DNA of 64,000 nt from Bigelowiella natans CCMP2755 (taxonomy: Eukaryota > Protista > Cercozoa): positions 124,001 to 188,000 of the forward strand of contig ADNK01001076.1 of assembly GCA_000320545.1 (NCBI GenBank), in the 5' to 3' direction. This document shows, piece by piece, positions 1-15,216 of this stretch. Made by a program: the position numbers and the translations under genes. The notes below the pieces were generated by a model. The model made no database searches and was not told the origin of the DNA. It saw only the letters and a list, made by a program, of their open reading frames with translations. Position 1 is the first letter of the stretch, and each line of letters begins with the position of its first letter.

Positions 1-66
1 AAATCAAATGAATTATATACATACTAAGAAACACACAAGGGACACGAGCTACATCTTGTTCTGTAC

Positions 67-179
67 CGTTTAGTCTTGAAAGGATTGGACGTACATCGTC
101 AACGTCGTTTTGTTGAATAACTGTGCGAATGAGGAAGAAATGCAATGAGATCTAGAGAAGGAGAAAGGGATCATAATGG

Positions 180-216
<37 letters not shown>

Positions 217-2044
217 TGGTGTTCGTAGCGCGATGAGGGAAGTATCTACGAGACGCTGCTGAAAATACATCACACTGCATAATGGCCAACTTACGTTCAA
301 GAAGAACGTCGAGCTCCACCAGCGCAGTATCCTTTTTCCCTACCAATTAATTGGTGGTGATGATGGTGGCGATAAATGATGATGACGTCTCTGATGATTC
401 GGTGTGTTGGGACTGTTATGATTGTTGCTGCTGCCACTGCTGATGATTACAACACCTTTATATCGCTTGAGGATGAATGCGTTTTCGGGCTGAAGGAACC
501 ATGATTCGTGCTTCGAGTATAGTAAGCCATGGAATAAGTCATGGTGAACAACAAGTCTGGAAGGAGGGGGATGATGATACCGACTGCTACTACTACTACT
601 ACAAATATCATCTTCTTCCTTGCCTCCTCCTCGTCATCATCATCATCAACAGCATCAACCACAATAGATGCCATCGTCACATCATCACTATAGTAATTAA
701 GCGCGACTGACAGACCTGGTAGTCAACGAGGATAACATTCTTCAAGTCACGGTTTAATCGTTCTAAATCCTAGGGAAAGCAACAAGAAGACAAGGAGGAG
801 GAGGCAGAAGATAAGGAAGTTGGACCACGAGGATAAGCGCCCATTCACTTCCACCACATTGGATGTAACATTGCAGATTTTTACTACAAATACAGGGAAG
901 AAATTCTCCCATTAACCCCCATCACTAGCCCTATCGTCGCTATTATTTCGATTAGTCGTCGTCGTCGTCGTTGTCAGTATCTCTCGTTATTTTATAAGTC
1001 CGCATAGTATAGACTCGCACCTTAACGTATCTCCCTTTCAAGAAGCTGCAGTTCTCCTACGGTATTTTGTTACAAATATAGGCCCATTATATTATTATTA
1101 TTCGAATTAGTGTTCCATATTGTCAGTGGGAAGAAGTGTACGACTATGTGATGTGTCTCATATTTGTTGTTTTTACCTGAAAGAGTCGATGCAATACCAG
1201 GCCCTTGGGATCAACGACGGGGAGAATCAATTCCACCTAGAATAGATCAAATGGTAGGTATATAGAATGACTAAAAGGAATCGCATGATATTGACGTTGT
1301 TGCAGTAGTAAATACATATGTAATTCGGCATCTTCTTACCCGACGAGTTAAAATCCCCAAAAAATTAGAACCGTCGCCACCACACCTGCTACCTTCATCT
1401 GAGGCTCATTCGAAAAGACAACGATTTCATAGCCAAGAGTTTGGGCATCTGCCAGGAGCGTCGGTACAAAAGGCCTTACCCGCGTTGTGTACACCTACCG
1501 AAATAATAGGAGCAAAATCGATTGTCCTTCATTAGCACTCTCTCATTGAATATAATACGCCGACCCCAAGATTTAGCCTATGTAAACCAATAGCTATTGC
1601 TAATAATACTACCTCGTTCTTAAAGATTGTGTGGACAAGTGTGCCCTCCAAGTTGAGGACTAGGGTGCGGCGGATTCCACCATAGTCATCCGGTAGGGCA
1701 GGAGGCAGAAGCATGGATTTGTCCTGCTTGTAAACTTTATCATAGAGTTTGCCAAACATGGAAGCAAAAGGGCGGAAAAAATCTGAACGATCATCAGCGT
1801 CGAGGATCCGTGGGCGGAGCTTCTTAGGTTTGGTATCGTCGCCTCCTTCGGCAACGGCCCCCCCTCCATGTAGAAAGCCAAATGTTGTAACACCGAACCC
1901 GGCTATCATAACCCCTAACCTTCGACGATAGCTCACCAACTTAGGGCCCGAGGTACTTCTGGGAAACAGGATTCGCGACCGGATGTTTGCTCGGCATGCT
2001 TGCACCGCACGCAACACGGAGCGCCATTGGATGCCGGACGCCAT
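67..2044 (-). CDS. TIM50: Mitochondrial import inner membrane translocase subunit TIM50 (multi-exon; 3' end runs off the window start)
   Basis: Arg/Ser-rich presequence and TM segment, then spliced exons LLPPALP..RRTLVLNLEGTLVH / VRPFVPTLL..GYEIVVFS / VDPKGLVLHRLFQ / ENCSFLKGRYVK / DLERLNRDLKNVILVD / LQPENAF / DTALVEL / DDVRPIL. This is the FCP1/NIF-like domain typical of TIM50; introns are GT-AG. Confidence 0.9.
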
Positions 2045-2287
2045 CCTTCTGCTTGCTACTCTCAATTGATTTGATTAGTGCGACAATGAGATCTGTTGTC
2101 ACAGCTCAAATTTCACGCCAATTGTGATTGTCGCAAGCTGGAAATTGGACTACTTCTCTTCTTTCCGAGAGGAGTGTGCTGAGCTTGATTCGTTGGCACG
2201 ATTTAGGAGTGTGAGCTAGCACGGTTGTTTCTTTCCGGGATGGTATCGTCTAGTCGGTTTCTGATACGATGATTTTGGTATATAGGA
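2045..2287. promoter_or_regulatory. Short bidirectional promoter region between TIM50 and MOCS2A
   Basis: Divergent start codons about 240 bp apart, free of microsatellites. Function is inferred from geometry only. Confidence 0.5.
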
Positions 2288-2539
2288 ATGAAGGTCACTG
2301 TTTTATTCTTTGCGCTCTGTCGTGAAATTACGGAAGAGGAAAAGATCGAAATAGAAATTGAGGAAAAGGAAACAATAAAGGAATTGGTGAGTAAAGTTGT
2401 AAAGAAATATCCTAAAATGGATGACCTCATGAAGAACATGGTGTTGTCGGTAAATCTTGAGTATAAAGACCCTAATTCAGAGGAGCAGTTAAAGGCCAAC
2501 GACGAAATAGCTTTCATACCACCAATAAGTGGGGGATAG
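2288..2539 (+). CDS. MOCS2A: Molybdopterin synthase sulfur carrier subunit (MoaD/MOCS2A)
   Basis: 83 aa, N-terminal KVTVLFFA..RE and C-terminal DEIAFIPPISGG di-glycine motif. Confidence 0.95.
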   Translation: MKVTVLFFALCREITEEEKIEIEIEEKETIKELVSKVVKKYPKMDDLMKNMVLSVNLEYKDPNSEEQLKANDEIAFIPPISGG

Positions 2540-3405
2540 TTACATTATTTGCTGAAGAGTAAAATTAACTCGTATTATTGACCTGAAATGAACCCAAAAA
2601 CCGGGCCGCTGAATGGAGCATTATATGCCTGTCTAAAATATATAAATGCCACCATGCTGTGCAGCATGCTATGTGCACTGCATATGTCTAGAATGGTCAT
2701 AGATGCATTAGCAGATGGTGCACGCGTCTTAGCGTAGGCGACTCATATGAACAGTCTTTTAAACTTGTTGTGGTTTGAACCAATATAACGATGAGCATAC
2801 AAAATTACATGACATGGCGTGACGCAGACGTTCAGCTGGTCTAGTAGAGCTATGCATCTTGCTTGACACGTGCGCGTGATACAGTGTTCTGCACGTACGT
2901 GTAGCAGAAAGTGTATGGCGGCTCGCGGCATTCGGCTTCATTTGGCCTGCTAACCAATTAATGTCGACTGGTTTGAGTAGTAAAGAGCGTGATTGTGGCT
3001 TCTCTACTGATCGACTAATGCTACCAGCTATTGATTTTTTCCTACGTACTTCATGCAGTCAAGACTACTCTGTCTAGCTGTGATGTTATTAGCTGACATA
3101 TATGTTGCGATATGTAGTGTGTGCTACTGCCTATTAGGCAACATGACATAAATGAACCAATGTTTGTACGTCTTCTAGTTCATGTGTAAACCTTGTTACC
3201 ATGCTATTTACCAATATTTTTCTAAACTAGGTCTAGGTATCCACATAGATAATACCTGTGTAAACTTTGGGTATCATAAAGCAGCGGCACATTATTTGAA
3301 TTTCTTTCTTTCTATAATTGAATGTGCACGCGTGCATCCAGGCCCGAAATCAGGTCATCATTTGTCTTCCAAATTCAGTCGTTCTTAGCTAATTCATTTA
3401 ACGAA

Positions 3406-3459
3406 CTACCGTCGGGAGCGGTTCAAACGATGCTTAAAGCTTAGCATCCTGTAGGAGTG

Positions 3460-3499
<40 letters not shown>

Positions 3500-4772
3500 T
3501 TGTAAAAGATATTTATGAACGTGGGCATGTGTGTGTGTGTGTTTGTCTATGTGAAGCATTTGCATCGTAAAAACATTTTGTGTTAAATTCACGAGCATTT
3601 AAGATAAAGTTAATTTGATCAACATTCGCTTTTGGTACAGCGCGTAGTTATCATCGCCCAGTTTCGGCCTATCCACATAATTGAAATTGATAAGGAAAAG
3701 GAGATAAATAATCAATCACAACGTGGTTGCACATTTCGTCGGGAAACCTTGTAAGTCGCAAGTGAAAAGTAGTCGACACCACCTTTACTATTCATTCTTC
3801 TTCAAATATTTTTATCCTCCTCTTATGTTACAATAATATCGAGTTCTATTCAATTCTTGTAGGCTATCATATTCATTACGCGGACGGATCTCCATCAGCG
3901 CCAATACCAGCTCCCTGTTGGAATCATGCACACCAGCAGGTGCAATAATAGGTAGAGTGATGAAAAATGATAAGGAAAATTCAGATTCAAATAATAGAAA
4001 ATGAGGTCGAGAAGATACATTTATTTACGTGACAACTGCTGGCAAATAAAATGAGCAATATTCGTAGCAATCGATCGATTCTTCAGCCATAATAATAGAG
4101 TTTAATATGGCGATGATATATAAATGTACATTTGTATGCATTCGAGTATGTGGCTACCCACCTGTCGGCGTAGTGTCGCCTTGATAGGGTCAACGATGCC
4201 ACTTTCATCCTAACATCACATCATAATCATCACCATCATTATCATTATCATCGTCGCCGTCATTTGCCTATGCTCCTGTTGCTACTGAATACTACGAAGA
4301 CAACCTTTCCGAGACCCTTGCCTTTCTTCCATCCCATCTTTTCAAGCATTTTCATTCCCTTTGAAAAGACACCCAATAGGTGGTGGTTGGTGGTGGTGGT
4401 TAAAAAAAAGAAGTCATGATGATGACACTTTTGTGATAATCATAATACGTGGAGCAAGAATCTTGCACATAAAATGAGAATGACGATGAATGTTACTACC
4501 TTGTTCGAGGAATCAAGGGCTTTATCACCCTACCAATATTTACAACGATTGTGAAAATGATGACGATGATGATGATAATGATGAAACGAATATGGTAGAT
4601 CATCTTGATGTACAGTACTGCAAAAGTAGTAATTAGGGCATCATCTATTTTGTAAATACTACGAGGAGAGAGAAGGGGACTGTATTATGCTTGTGTAGTT
4701 ATATTGTTCTCACTTCATCTGCATAATTTCCTTGTGCCTTCTCATAAAATTTCTTTAGTTCATCCTGAAGCA

Positions 4773-4855
<83 letters not shown>

Positions 4856-5243
4856 AATGTCAACTAAAAATAACTTCGGAGAATAACGAAGTAGTATAAA
4901 TACTCGTCTCCAATCTAGGACAGCATCTTTGGTAGTGGCAGGTACTATCACTAGAATATCGCACCATTGGCATCCATTTTGACAAGCCTGTTCCTATCTG
5001 ATACCGCCATCAATCAAACAAGTGATGGGTGGATGGAGGAGGACACACAAAATCCAATATCAACTTCAATTAATTCCACGTTATCGGTATTATTTCAATT
5101 TTACCATAGGTGCGGGCTGGTCATTGTATGGCATCATCGAAGGAGCCATCATGCCTGAGAAGTAGGAGGAGGAGGAGGAGAATAATACGCCGATATGTAA
5201 AAGAATACAAGACCGTGTGCGTGTGCGTGTGCGTTATAAGGAA

Positions 5244-5277
<34 letters not shown>

Positions 5278-6641
5278 TGTGTGAGGAGGATTATAAGACG
5301 GAAGAGTTGTCACTTTTACTACTAACCTTCTCCCACCCCAGCATCAGAATCATTAGCCTCCTCTTCCTCTTTCTCTTTCCTATATTCATTAACAGAATTC
5401 AAACGACAATTCTAGCCGACAAGAATACCAACATTTGCCTCTCCTAAAGAATTAAGCGATGACGAGGGAAAACAAACAAAAGACTCATATATAGTGCTCT
5501 GTTTCTTTCTCTATGTCTGTCCACACATTTGGTGAAATTCGATAGGTCCATCCTAAGTGATGATCAGTTATGGTTAAGTTTATAATGATCCTAGTGATGA
5601 TTATATTGATTTGATAAAAGCGAGATAGTTATGGACACCACTACTACCTCTGTGAAGGTAGGCCTCAGCCAATATCCTAGTCTGTACATTGGTAGTATAT
5701 TTGAGTGGTGATCAGTACTCAAGTAGTATCATGATGATGAACATATCGAGGAGGAGGAGTCTAAACAGCCGAATAAGGTTGCTATGACAACGATGATTAC
5801 AATGATGAGGAGTAGTAGAAGAGGAGGGGTTAGAGGAAGACAGCAGCAGCAGCATCATTATCTCTGACTTACTTCTTCATCCTAGCTGCCTCCTCCTCTT
5901 TGTCTTCTCCATCCTCCTCCCCCGAGCTGGACCGATCCCTCCTCCTCCTCCTCCTTCGATCATCCGGAGACTCTGAGGGAGGGAGGGAGGGAGGGAGTGA
6001 GTTCCCACAGCCAGTGTGCACCAAACCAACAATATACCACAATTAATGTGGTGATGATTATGAAGAAGAAGACAAAAGGAAGATGTGAATATCATCATGT
6101 GGAAAGTAGAGCAACTAACGGTGCCGCTAAGGCTAGGGCGTCGACCGACCGCGATCTCTTCTCTTCCCCTTCTTCTTCTTCTTCCTTCGTTCTTTATCGA
6201 CTAACGCTTCTGAATTTTCCGAAAAACCGCGTCGCTTTTTTGAGGGAGACGAGGCCTAAGGACAGCATTAAATCATACCATATTATAGAATCCTCTTGGT
6301 AAAAGCCAGGATATATACAACCTTAGCAGTATCGTCAGATTGACGTGTGTTGCCCTCCACCTGATTTCAATATGTGTGTAGAATGGATGATATCTCACTC
6401 TCTTCTATGTGTATCGAAAGAACACTACCCCGTTTTTCCCCGTCTCCTCAAATGTCGTAATTGGAGTTCCTACCACAGCGAAGAACAATAAAACATGTCA
6501 GGGTAGGAATCAGCACATGATACAACCTGCAATCTTAATTTTTTTAAAGTTCAGACCCCAAGGCGTGAGCTGCTGTGGCTGTGGCTGCGGCTGTGGCTGT
6601 CCAATAGCCCATGGTGGAGGGCTTGGGCCGCCGCCATACAT
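3406..6641 (-). CDS. G-patch splicing factor, SUGP1/SF4-like (multi-exon)
   Basis: Spliced exons: IGTGLSKWMPM / DELKKFYEKAQG / GDKALDSSNK / GMKMLEKMGWKKGKGLGK / DESGIVDPIKA / GAGIG / DDNYALYQKRM / MLSFKHRLNRSRR*. These match the G-patch and KRMML C-terminus of SUGP1. The 5' exons are tentative. Confidence 0.8.
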
Positions 6642-7368
6642 TTGTGAGATGAAGGAGTTCTGCTTAGATTCTTGTGAATGATGATGACACGCTCCTCGAG
6701 ATACTACGCTGCTCTCCAGCGCTATGAAATGATACTTTTAGTCTATAATTTTGGGATATTATCTGTACTGTAAGTTGAACATCGTCGATTATATTTTGTT
6801 TAAAGAGCAATCAGAAAGGACGATCGATCTGAAATAATAGATATTGCTAGTATAATTTATGGACGAAAATAAAACGAAGCAAAGAATAACTTAAGATTTA
6901 GGATGTCTTTCACGGGGTAGTTCCTAGAGGTGGATGCTTTTTCGTATTGTCGTAGAAAATAAATATGAGAGAATACTCGAAATATTAAAAATTATGAGCT
7001 GTGATTCATCCAGACTCAATTTTGGTACCCCACATATCCAGGTAAGAGAAGCCGACGTTCAATTCCAAATTACTACGCTCATCAGGCACCTCCCTCCGGA
7101 AGGCTTCCACCAGCATAGACCTGTGGTACTGTACAGTCGTCGTCGTACAGTTGTAATATAACTTAGCTAGAACATAGTTATCTAACACAGTATCATGTAT
7201 AGGGCCGCCGTCTAAGCAAATACCATCATCATTTCTTAGAGGTTATTTCTCAGGTTGACGAGGAGTTAGGCTTTGGGCAGTAATATCTTCCTTGTAGCAT
7301 TCACAGCTCATCCGGGACCCTATCTCAAGCCCGTCTTCTCCTGAATCCTGATCCTTCATCAATCATAA

Positions 7369-8157
7369 ATGGATGATGGCAAAGCTACAGTTGATATGAA
7401 GAAAAAAAAGAAGAAAAGAAGGGGGAGTGCAGCAGACCGATTGTTGCGGCCTGTGGTTGTTTCCCATCATCTTAGTACAGATAGGCAAATCCAGGTCATT
7501 ATCACAATTATATTCACTTCGTTGTTGTCATGTCCCTGTCTTACATTTGTTACAATTACCCTACAACGCCGTGCTAACATATCTGTAAATATAAGATGCC
7601 ATCAGCTTGCCCAGAATAGCACCTATTTTCGATGTCGCTCTGATATTTACATGTATATCCCTTCTTAATACTTATGGTACAGATATTCACGTCATACGAC
7701 AGCGTAGTCCGCCATGGTACTACTACATCCTTCTCCTCATACTATTGCTATATACACCTGTAGCTAAATGCTGATAAATAACTAACCATTGCTGCAATTA
7801 ATACACTACACCCTATTTTCCAAATTCTCTTTCACCCCACCAAACTGCTTCTATTACAAAACTAAGACTGAAGAAGACGCTTTTCTCCTATCTCCACGCC
7901 ACCCGTACATTTCTACTCTATATTATCACATCAGCTGAGGACTATGACTCTGATGACGACGGATGTTGCCCGAGTAGTAGTGGTTGCAGTGGTGGTGGAG
8001 GAGGAGGAGGGAGGGGGGGGGGGGGGAATGATAATATAGGTGAATCGAGAGCATCTTGGTGGTGCTGTTGTTGGATCCGAAGTAGCAGTGGCTCAAGTAC
8101 TGAGCTAAGGTCATTTCTAACCCCATTATGCTTATAATCATACACTACCCAAGCACT

Positions 8158-8188
<31 letters not shown>

Positions 8189-8803
8189 CAATAATAACAA
8201 TGACATTAACACTATACATTTAGCCCAAGACGAAGCCAGGTAGCAGCACAGAAGGGTGATGAAAGAAGCTTCTACCGACACATGCCACAGGAACGAGGAG
8301 GAGGATCACAACAACAACAACAACAACAACAGCGAATAATATGGTGATGACAAATACGATGATAACGGTGATTAGAACGCGATGATGATAGAAGGACAAA
8401 GCAATGTTGACGTTAAATGATGACTAACTACCACTCGATAATAACAAGAAACAAGATGCCACCACTACTACTACTTACTGCTGCTGGTGATGGTATGATC
8501 TACATTGTAGGATGGGAGATACAATCCGCGTGTGGTTTGGTGGGGATGAAGGATCCCTTGCAGCTGTGCTCACAGTAAGAACGAAGGAGGAACTTCAACA
8601 CATCAATATGATCCAGCACATTTGATTCCTCCTCCCTTTGTTTATCTTTACTCTTCTTCTCAAACGATTCTTCTCCTTCTTCTTTTATTATGTCGTCGTC
8701 ATCATCATAGGTACATGCTTCCTTGGCAATATATGCCTTTTGCTACCAGGTATCTCCATCGCCATCATCGTCGCCCTGATACGAGTGGGGACAGGGAAGG
8801 AAG

Positions 8804-8838
<35 letters not shown>

Positions 8839-9421
8839 CAGCCTTTACAACCAAACTTATTATTTCTCACTCGTGGTGGCAAACTAACGACATGTATCAT
8901 CAGATATCGGCGGTCGTACTTCCTTACCTCGCAGAAGAGGTTCATATGGATACGGTGCAGTATGGAGGACTTATAGCCACCTTCTGTGGGCTGCAGTTTG
9001 TTGGGGGTGTACTCTTTGGTCGCGCGGGAGATATCTTTGGATCTAAGGTGATACATAATGAGTTGAGATGATGGTGGCAATAGGAGGAATATTCAATCTA
9101 TACTACTACTACTACTACTACAAGGGGGCACACCACCAGATTTACACATGTGTGTATTACAACGTGGGAGGGAGGGAGGGAGGGATGGATGATAATCGCT
9201 ACTAAAAATCATCATCATCATCATCATCATCATCGTCATCGTCATCGTCGTCGTCGGGGGTATAATGATAGTTTATGCCATAATCTACCAAACATCAGAC
9301 AATGATGGTAGTCGCTCACGTCTCTGCTCTGGTAATAACTCAACCATCAAATAACACATACTAGAGCCATCATTCTTGTGTGGTTGTTTGCACACAAATA
9401 GCAATATATATGTGATGAAGG

Positions 9422-9454
<33 letters not shown>

Positions 9455-9761
9455 AGGTATCTTATCTGATGATGTCGCTGTCTTCGACGCAACTTGGGCT
9501 CTATTTGTCCGAAATTCCTGGGCTTCTGCAACATGGCATGCAGGTGAGTAATATGTAATGGTTTGGAACAAGAGCTCTAACAAGAAGAAGAAGAAGAACA
9601 AGAAGGAGGAGTAGGAGGAGGAGAGGGAGGAGAGAAAACAGCAGCAGTAGCACGGGGTCTATAGTTGATGAATATGGTTGAATAATTCCTTCTGTTGTGA
9701 AATTTATTATGATGGTGATTCTTGTCATCACTAAATCCTACTACTAATGATGATAATAGTG

Positions 9762-9795
<34 letters not shown>

Positions 9796-12348
9796 TGATA
9801 ATAATGATGATGATAATAATGATAATAATACAGGGCTCAAACATGCTTATTGCACATATGTCAAGCGGCCAACAACGAATAAAGGTAGTGATTAGAAGGA
9901 GGAGGACGCTGGAGAGATACTGATGATGATAAAGATGATGATGGTGATGGTGATGGTGATGGTGATGGTGATATACCAGTGGTGGTGGTGGTAATGAATA
10001 GATGAGATCATCATCGTCGTCTACTACCCCATATTATCTATATTATTTTTATTTACCCTATCGCTCACCATCCATCCTGACCTCGCTTTTTCTCCTCCTC
10101 CTCCTCCTCCTCCTCCTCCTCCTCCTCTTCTCTCTTTCTTCAGGCTCTCGGTCGCTTGGGTTTCTCATATGGTATAGGAGCTGTATTAGGACCTCTCGTC
10201 TGCTCACATATGGATATGGTAATGACCATGATTGTTGTATCAATATATGATGAAAGATATGCATGTTGTGTTTGTTTCTTGAGAGACACTACTCACATTT
10301 GAATGGCATCCATTTATCAAGCATTCATCGTGATAATAATTTATATCATCCTCTCCTTGCTCTACTTTTCTGCCGCCTGGTGTTACGAAGGTGGCAATCT
10401 GGGTAAATAGGACAGTTACGCCGATTTATCAACCGGTAATATTGCTACTACTACCACTACTACTACTGTTAGTTGTTCAATTAGTTACTCAAGTACACCA
10501 CAGATCATCTAAACACAACAAATCTGATAGCTCATCCTGCTGGTGGAAAGACATATTACGAATAAATTTATATTGTATATATATATATATATATATATTT
10601 ATTTATTTATTATAATATTTATGTAGATTTTGTGTGTGGGGGGGGGGAGGGGTTAGTGTATGCGTAATATTTGATGGTATATGTTCGTATGTTTATCTGT
10701 GTGTGTTTTACTTTGTGTGGGGGGGGGGGCTAGTTGTTTGGAAAGTCGTTTGCGATCTGGTCAGGGAATGCTGCAATGCTGTGGTTATGCATTGGCTTTA
10801 CAATTGTGGTACTAGCTACTACTACTCACAATGATAACATTTATGCTAGTAGTAAGTATGTGTACGTTGCTACATGTTAGTACTCTTGATGACACTAGTA
10901 CTAGCATCCATACACTCATCAACGACACACACAGAGAGAGAGACTAAGGAGCGAGAATGAGAAGGAAAGAGAGAGATCATCCTTCACATTATGATCAGGT
11001 GGTGGGCATGATATATCTTCTCGTGCCCTCAAGAGGAGGAAATCAGCAGTATCCTCAGACTACCAGGTAATAGTAATAATAACAATCATGATGATGATGA
11101 TGATATAGATGAAGCAACCAGGTGTTTCATATGATAGAAGATCAGGAGAGGGGGGAGGGGAAGCGACGAGAAGTCTCCTGCTGCTTTACAAACAAAGCAA
11201 GTGTTGTCTGATTAATAATAATAACCTCAGTATCATCTGCTCATATAGATCAAAATATGGCGGTGATAACCCTCCCTACTCGCACCAATTTCCATCGATA
11301 AAGACGAAGGAGAAGAGGGGAGACGAGAAAGAAAATGCAACTACTATGTCCTCTTCTTCCGCTCCCCCCCCCTCTCCCTCGCACAACCAAAAGGGAAAAG
11401 ATATCAAGTGTAGTAAAAAGAGCACCAGTAGCACCATTAGGAATGATAGAAATGACAGTTATCCTAAGAGCTTGAAGAAGAGAAGACATGTTGAAGATGA
11501 GAGCACAGTTGCTTCCCGTTCAAATGATGAACATCACCACCATACTCCTCCCCATCCGCCATCACCATCATCATCGTCATTAGCACCTCTCCCGCCCCTT
11601 CATAAATCAAGTTTTCGTCATCGCAGTGCTAATGCTGCTGCTGGTGATGATGATGATGATGATGATGATGATGAGTGTAAGAGGAGCACCCCTGCTGGAA
11701 GGAGAAAAAGCAATCCAGGTACCAAAATGTTGTTGTTGTTGATGATGATAATGATGATGATGGTGGTGATGGGTGATGACCTCCTCCTCCTCTTCCTTCT
11801 GATGTTATTCTAGGTTACCTATAAATTAGTGATCAATTTGTAATAATCTGAACAGTCGGTGGTCCTATTTTTGACGTGATGATCATCATAATCATCATCA
11901 CTATCATCACTATTATCACCATCATCATACTACTAATACATCAGGGGTACTATTAGCATCGACTTCCCCGTCTGAAAGAACAGCTCTTATTAGCAGCAAC
12001 CAATATTCCGATAATGAAGGAGGAGGAGGAGGAGGAGGAGAAGGAGGAGGAGGAGGAGGAGGAGGAGGAGGAGGAGGGGCCATTAAGGGGATGCAGGGAA
12101 AGCTTCGCAACGTGTTCAGTTTGACTGAGATTTTAAGATTAGGAAGGTAACAAACGACGTGGAAGAGGACCACCACCAGTAGCAGCAGAAGGAGGAGGAG
12201 GAGGAGGAGGAGGGGGAGGAGGAAGAGGAGGATGAAAAAAATAATAAAAGACAGCATTTAGTCATTTAGTAAGAGAGCAGTAGTTGTTGTTGCACTAAGT
12301 CAGGCATTTGTTTATTTATGTGTCTATACGTGAATTATTGTATTATCT

Positions 12349-12397
<49 letters not shown>

Positions 12398-12654
12398 CCT
12401 TTCTTTTCCTTATGTAGGTATAAATTTGTGCGACGGCTGCTACTGGCAAAGCTGGGCATCATGTTTCCTTCCGCACTGTTTATGTCAATGTATGCAAAAT
12501 AAATGCTATTACTACTTCAATGTGTAAACTTCCAACTACCACTACTTCAGCACCAATTTATTGGCATCTCGTGTCATTTTGTACTTAGTCTTCTCTCTCT
12601 TTGTTGTGCTCGATTATCACTGTTCTTTCTCCTTATCTTCTCCTACTAATCCCG

Positions 12655-12687
<33 letters not shown>

Positions 12688-13056
12688 GCAGGTTTGCACA
12701 ATTCTGTGTGACAGAATTCAGGTAATGTTTAGGTAACGATTGAATAGGAATGTCCAGAGATACCACAAGAAAGGATCATACAGCCAACAGACGACTTTGT
12801 GTTGTTGGTGTTTCCTCCTCCTCCTCCTCCTCTAGCTCATGCTCCCCTCTACATCCATATTCCTACCGATATAGTACACTAACACTAAATTCCATCATCA
12901 TCGTTCTTTTTCCTCTATCATCAATGATCAGATTTGAACCCAAGAGGACAGGAAGGCTTTTATCTTATGTTCCGCTCGTAAGGATGATCGGTCAAGGGTC
13001 AGTTACACCACTCAGTTGTACCACCACTACCCCTACTATTAGTAGTACTAGTACGT

Positions 13057-13091
<35 letters not shown>

Positions 13092-13152
13092 TTATGTCGT
13101 CTTCTTCACGTTTGTAGCATCTTATCAACAAATGTTTGATTGATCGATGTCC

Positions 13153-13188
<36 letters not shown>

Positions 13189-13355
13189 GGGGTTATTAGT
13201 TTACTCGTAAATCCCCTTGTGAAGCTCTTCTCAGAAACGGTGGTGCTTGCACTAACAGCAGCAGCAGCAATGATAGGGATTATTTCATGATACTAGTACC
13301 AGGAGTATTGGTTGTAGTGCTCCTTAAGCTCTTGTCCAGTCAGTTGTTTTGTTTG

Positions 13356-13389
<34 letters not shown>

Positions 13390-14059
13390 CTTGACTACTA
13401 CTACTACTATTACTATTACTACTTATATTTAGTTGATGATAAGGGCTAGTTGCTTCGTTATCGCTCTGAGCATGCTATTCATCGGATACGCAACTACAGA
13501 ATTAGAATTGTATGTTATGTCAGCAGCAGCAGCAGCAGCAGCAACAACATATAATGCCATAGGAGAAGAGTTCATCATCACCTTTGAAATACTACTACTA
13601 CTACTACTACTACAACTACTACTACTACTGCTAGTGTAGGCCATGTCAAGTATACAACCCAATAGAAGTAGTACATGTTATTATTTCCTATGTTGAATCG
13701 GTGGTCACCAATAGTAGTAGTAGTACATGTTATTATTATGTTATTATTTCCTATGATTGAATCGGTGATGACCATCATCAGGTATTTGGTCTTGTTGCCT
13801 CTCAATTTAAGTGGAGCGGTAGTATGCCGTTAAATAGTAGTAGCACCATCATTCCTAGTTCATTCATTTATTCATTCATTTATCCATGCATATCACCAAG
13901 GTTGACAACAACAACAACAACAACAAGCAGCAAACTACTGCACTCTTACTACAACTAACTACTGTACGTACTACCACACAGGTGGCTATTGTGGTCATAT
14001 CTGGTCTCCTTACACAAGCTGTGCCGGAGGTTTTGACTCATTGCGAATGCTGGAGGGGG

Positions 14060-14101
<42 letters not shown>

Positions 14102-14844
14102 GATCATCGCCACATACAATACTAAGCAGGAATGTTCTCTATTCCTACTTAGTAATATTTCCTTGTTCTTAGTATAATAGAGAATCTGCTGTATCACAAA
14201 TGGTGGATGATGGCCACTGACCCTCTTACTACTTGCACACATACAACTAACTACGGGAGGAGTAAAATAGTCATAATAACAATAATAATAATAATTAATT
14301 ACAATATCAAAACAATGATAAGGCGGATACCGGAGGAGTTCTTGGGCTAGATCATGCGGTAGTAGTAGTAGCAGTAGTAGTAGTAGTAGTAGTAAATTGT
14401 GTTGTCGTTGTTGTCCAGAAAGTGATTGTGGACGATGATAACGATGATGCATGTGGCAGTGATTGGTTATGTAGGCAATTCTATTTCATTGAGAGCAATA
14501 CGTACTACTACTACTACTACTACTACTAGTAGTAGTAGTAGTACTTTTAACAAGATCGCAGCTTTGCTTTATCGTGAGCCAATAGAATCAACTGTTTGCA
14601 TAGATATGTTGTTGGATGTTATTGGCTGATGTCATACTCGATCTATTTACTTCCACAAGGTGCTCAGTTTTGCTTACATAATCGGTCCTTTGGTATCCGG
14701 GTACTACTACTACTACTACTACTGCTCCTACTCCTACTGCCCCCACCTGCATACTATGATTCACTTCTAAGTGTATGATGATCGTATACTGAGCAAGTTG
14801 AAGAGAATGTAAATTGTACAGATAGATGTAGAGGGAATAGAAAA

Positions 14845-14890
<46 letters not shown>

Positions 14891-15216
14891 CAACACGGCT
14901 GCTGGCATCAGCATCAATATCATTACCACCATCATCACTATTGATCAGATGGATATACGAGCTGTACGGCTTCGTGATACTTGGCTATTTGGGAGCTCTC
15001 ATCGCTACCTTTACAGGCAAAATGATTTATTGATGATAAACTAGATAGTTGACCTGGATGTTGTTGTTGTTGATGATAATGATTTTCTACTGCTTATACT
15101 CTTTCATAGGGGTATGCTGCTGTGTACTGGATATCGGTGATGAGACACCATGCATCGTACAAATGAAGCGCCAATACCGTAAGGTAGTAGTTAAATACCG
15201 ATTCACTACTGTGTAA
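7369..15216 (+). CDS. Major facilitator superfamily transporter, SLC22A18/TetA-like (more than 20 small exons, large low-complexity central loop)
   Basis: Exons ISAVVLPYLAEE..QYGGLIATFCGLQFVGGVLFGRAGDIFGSK (MFS motif A), ALGRLGFSYGIGAVLGP, ADTGGVLGLDHA and YIIGPLVSG; reading phase is consistent across GT-AG junctions. The termini are less certain. Confidence 0.88.
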
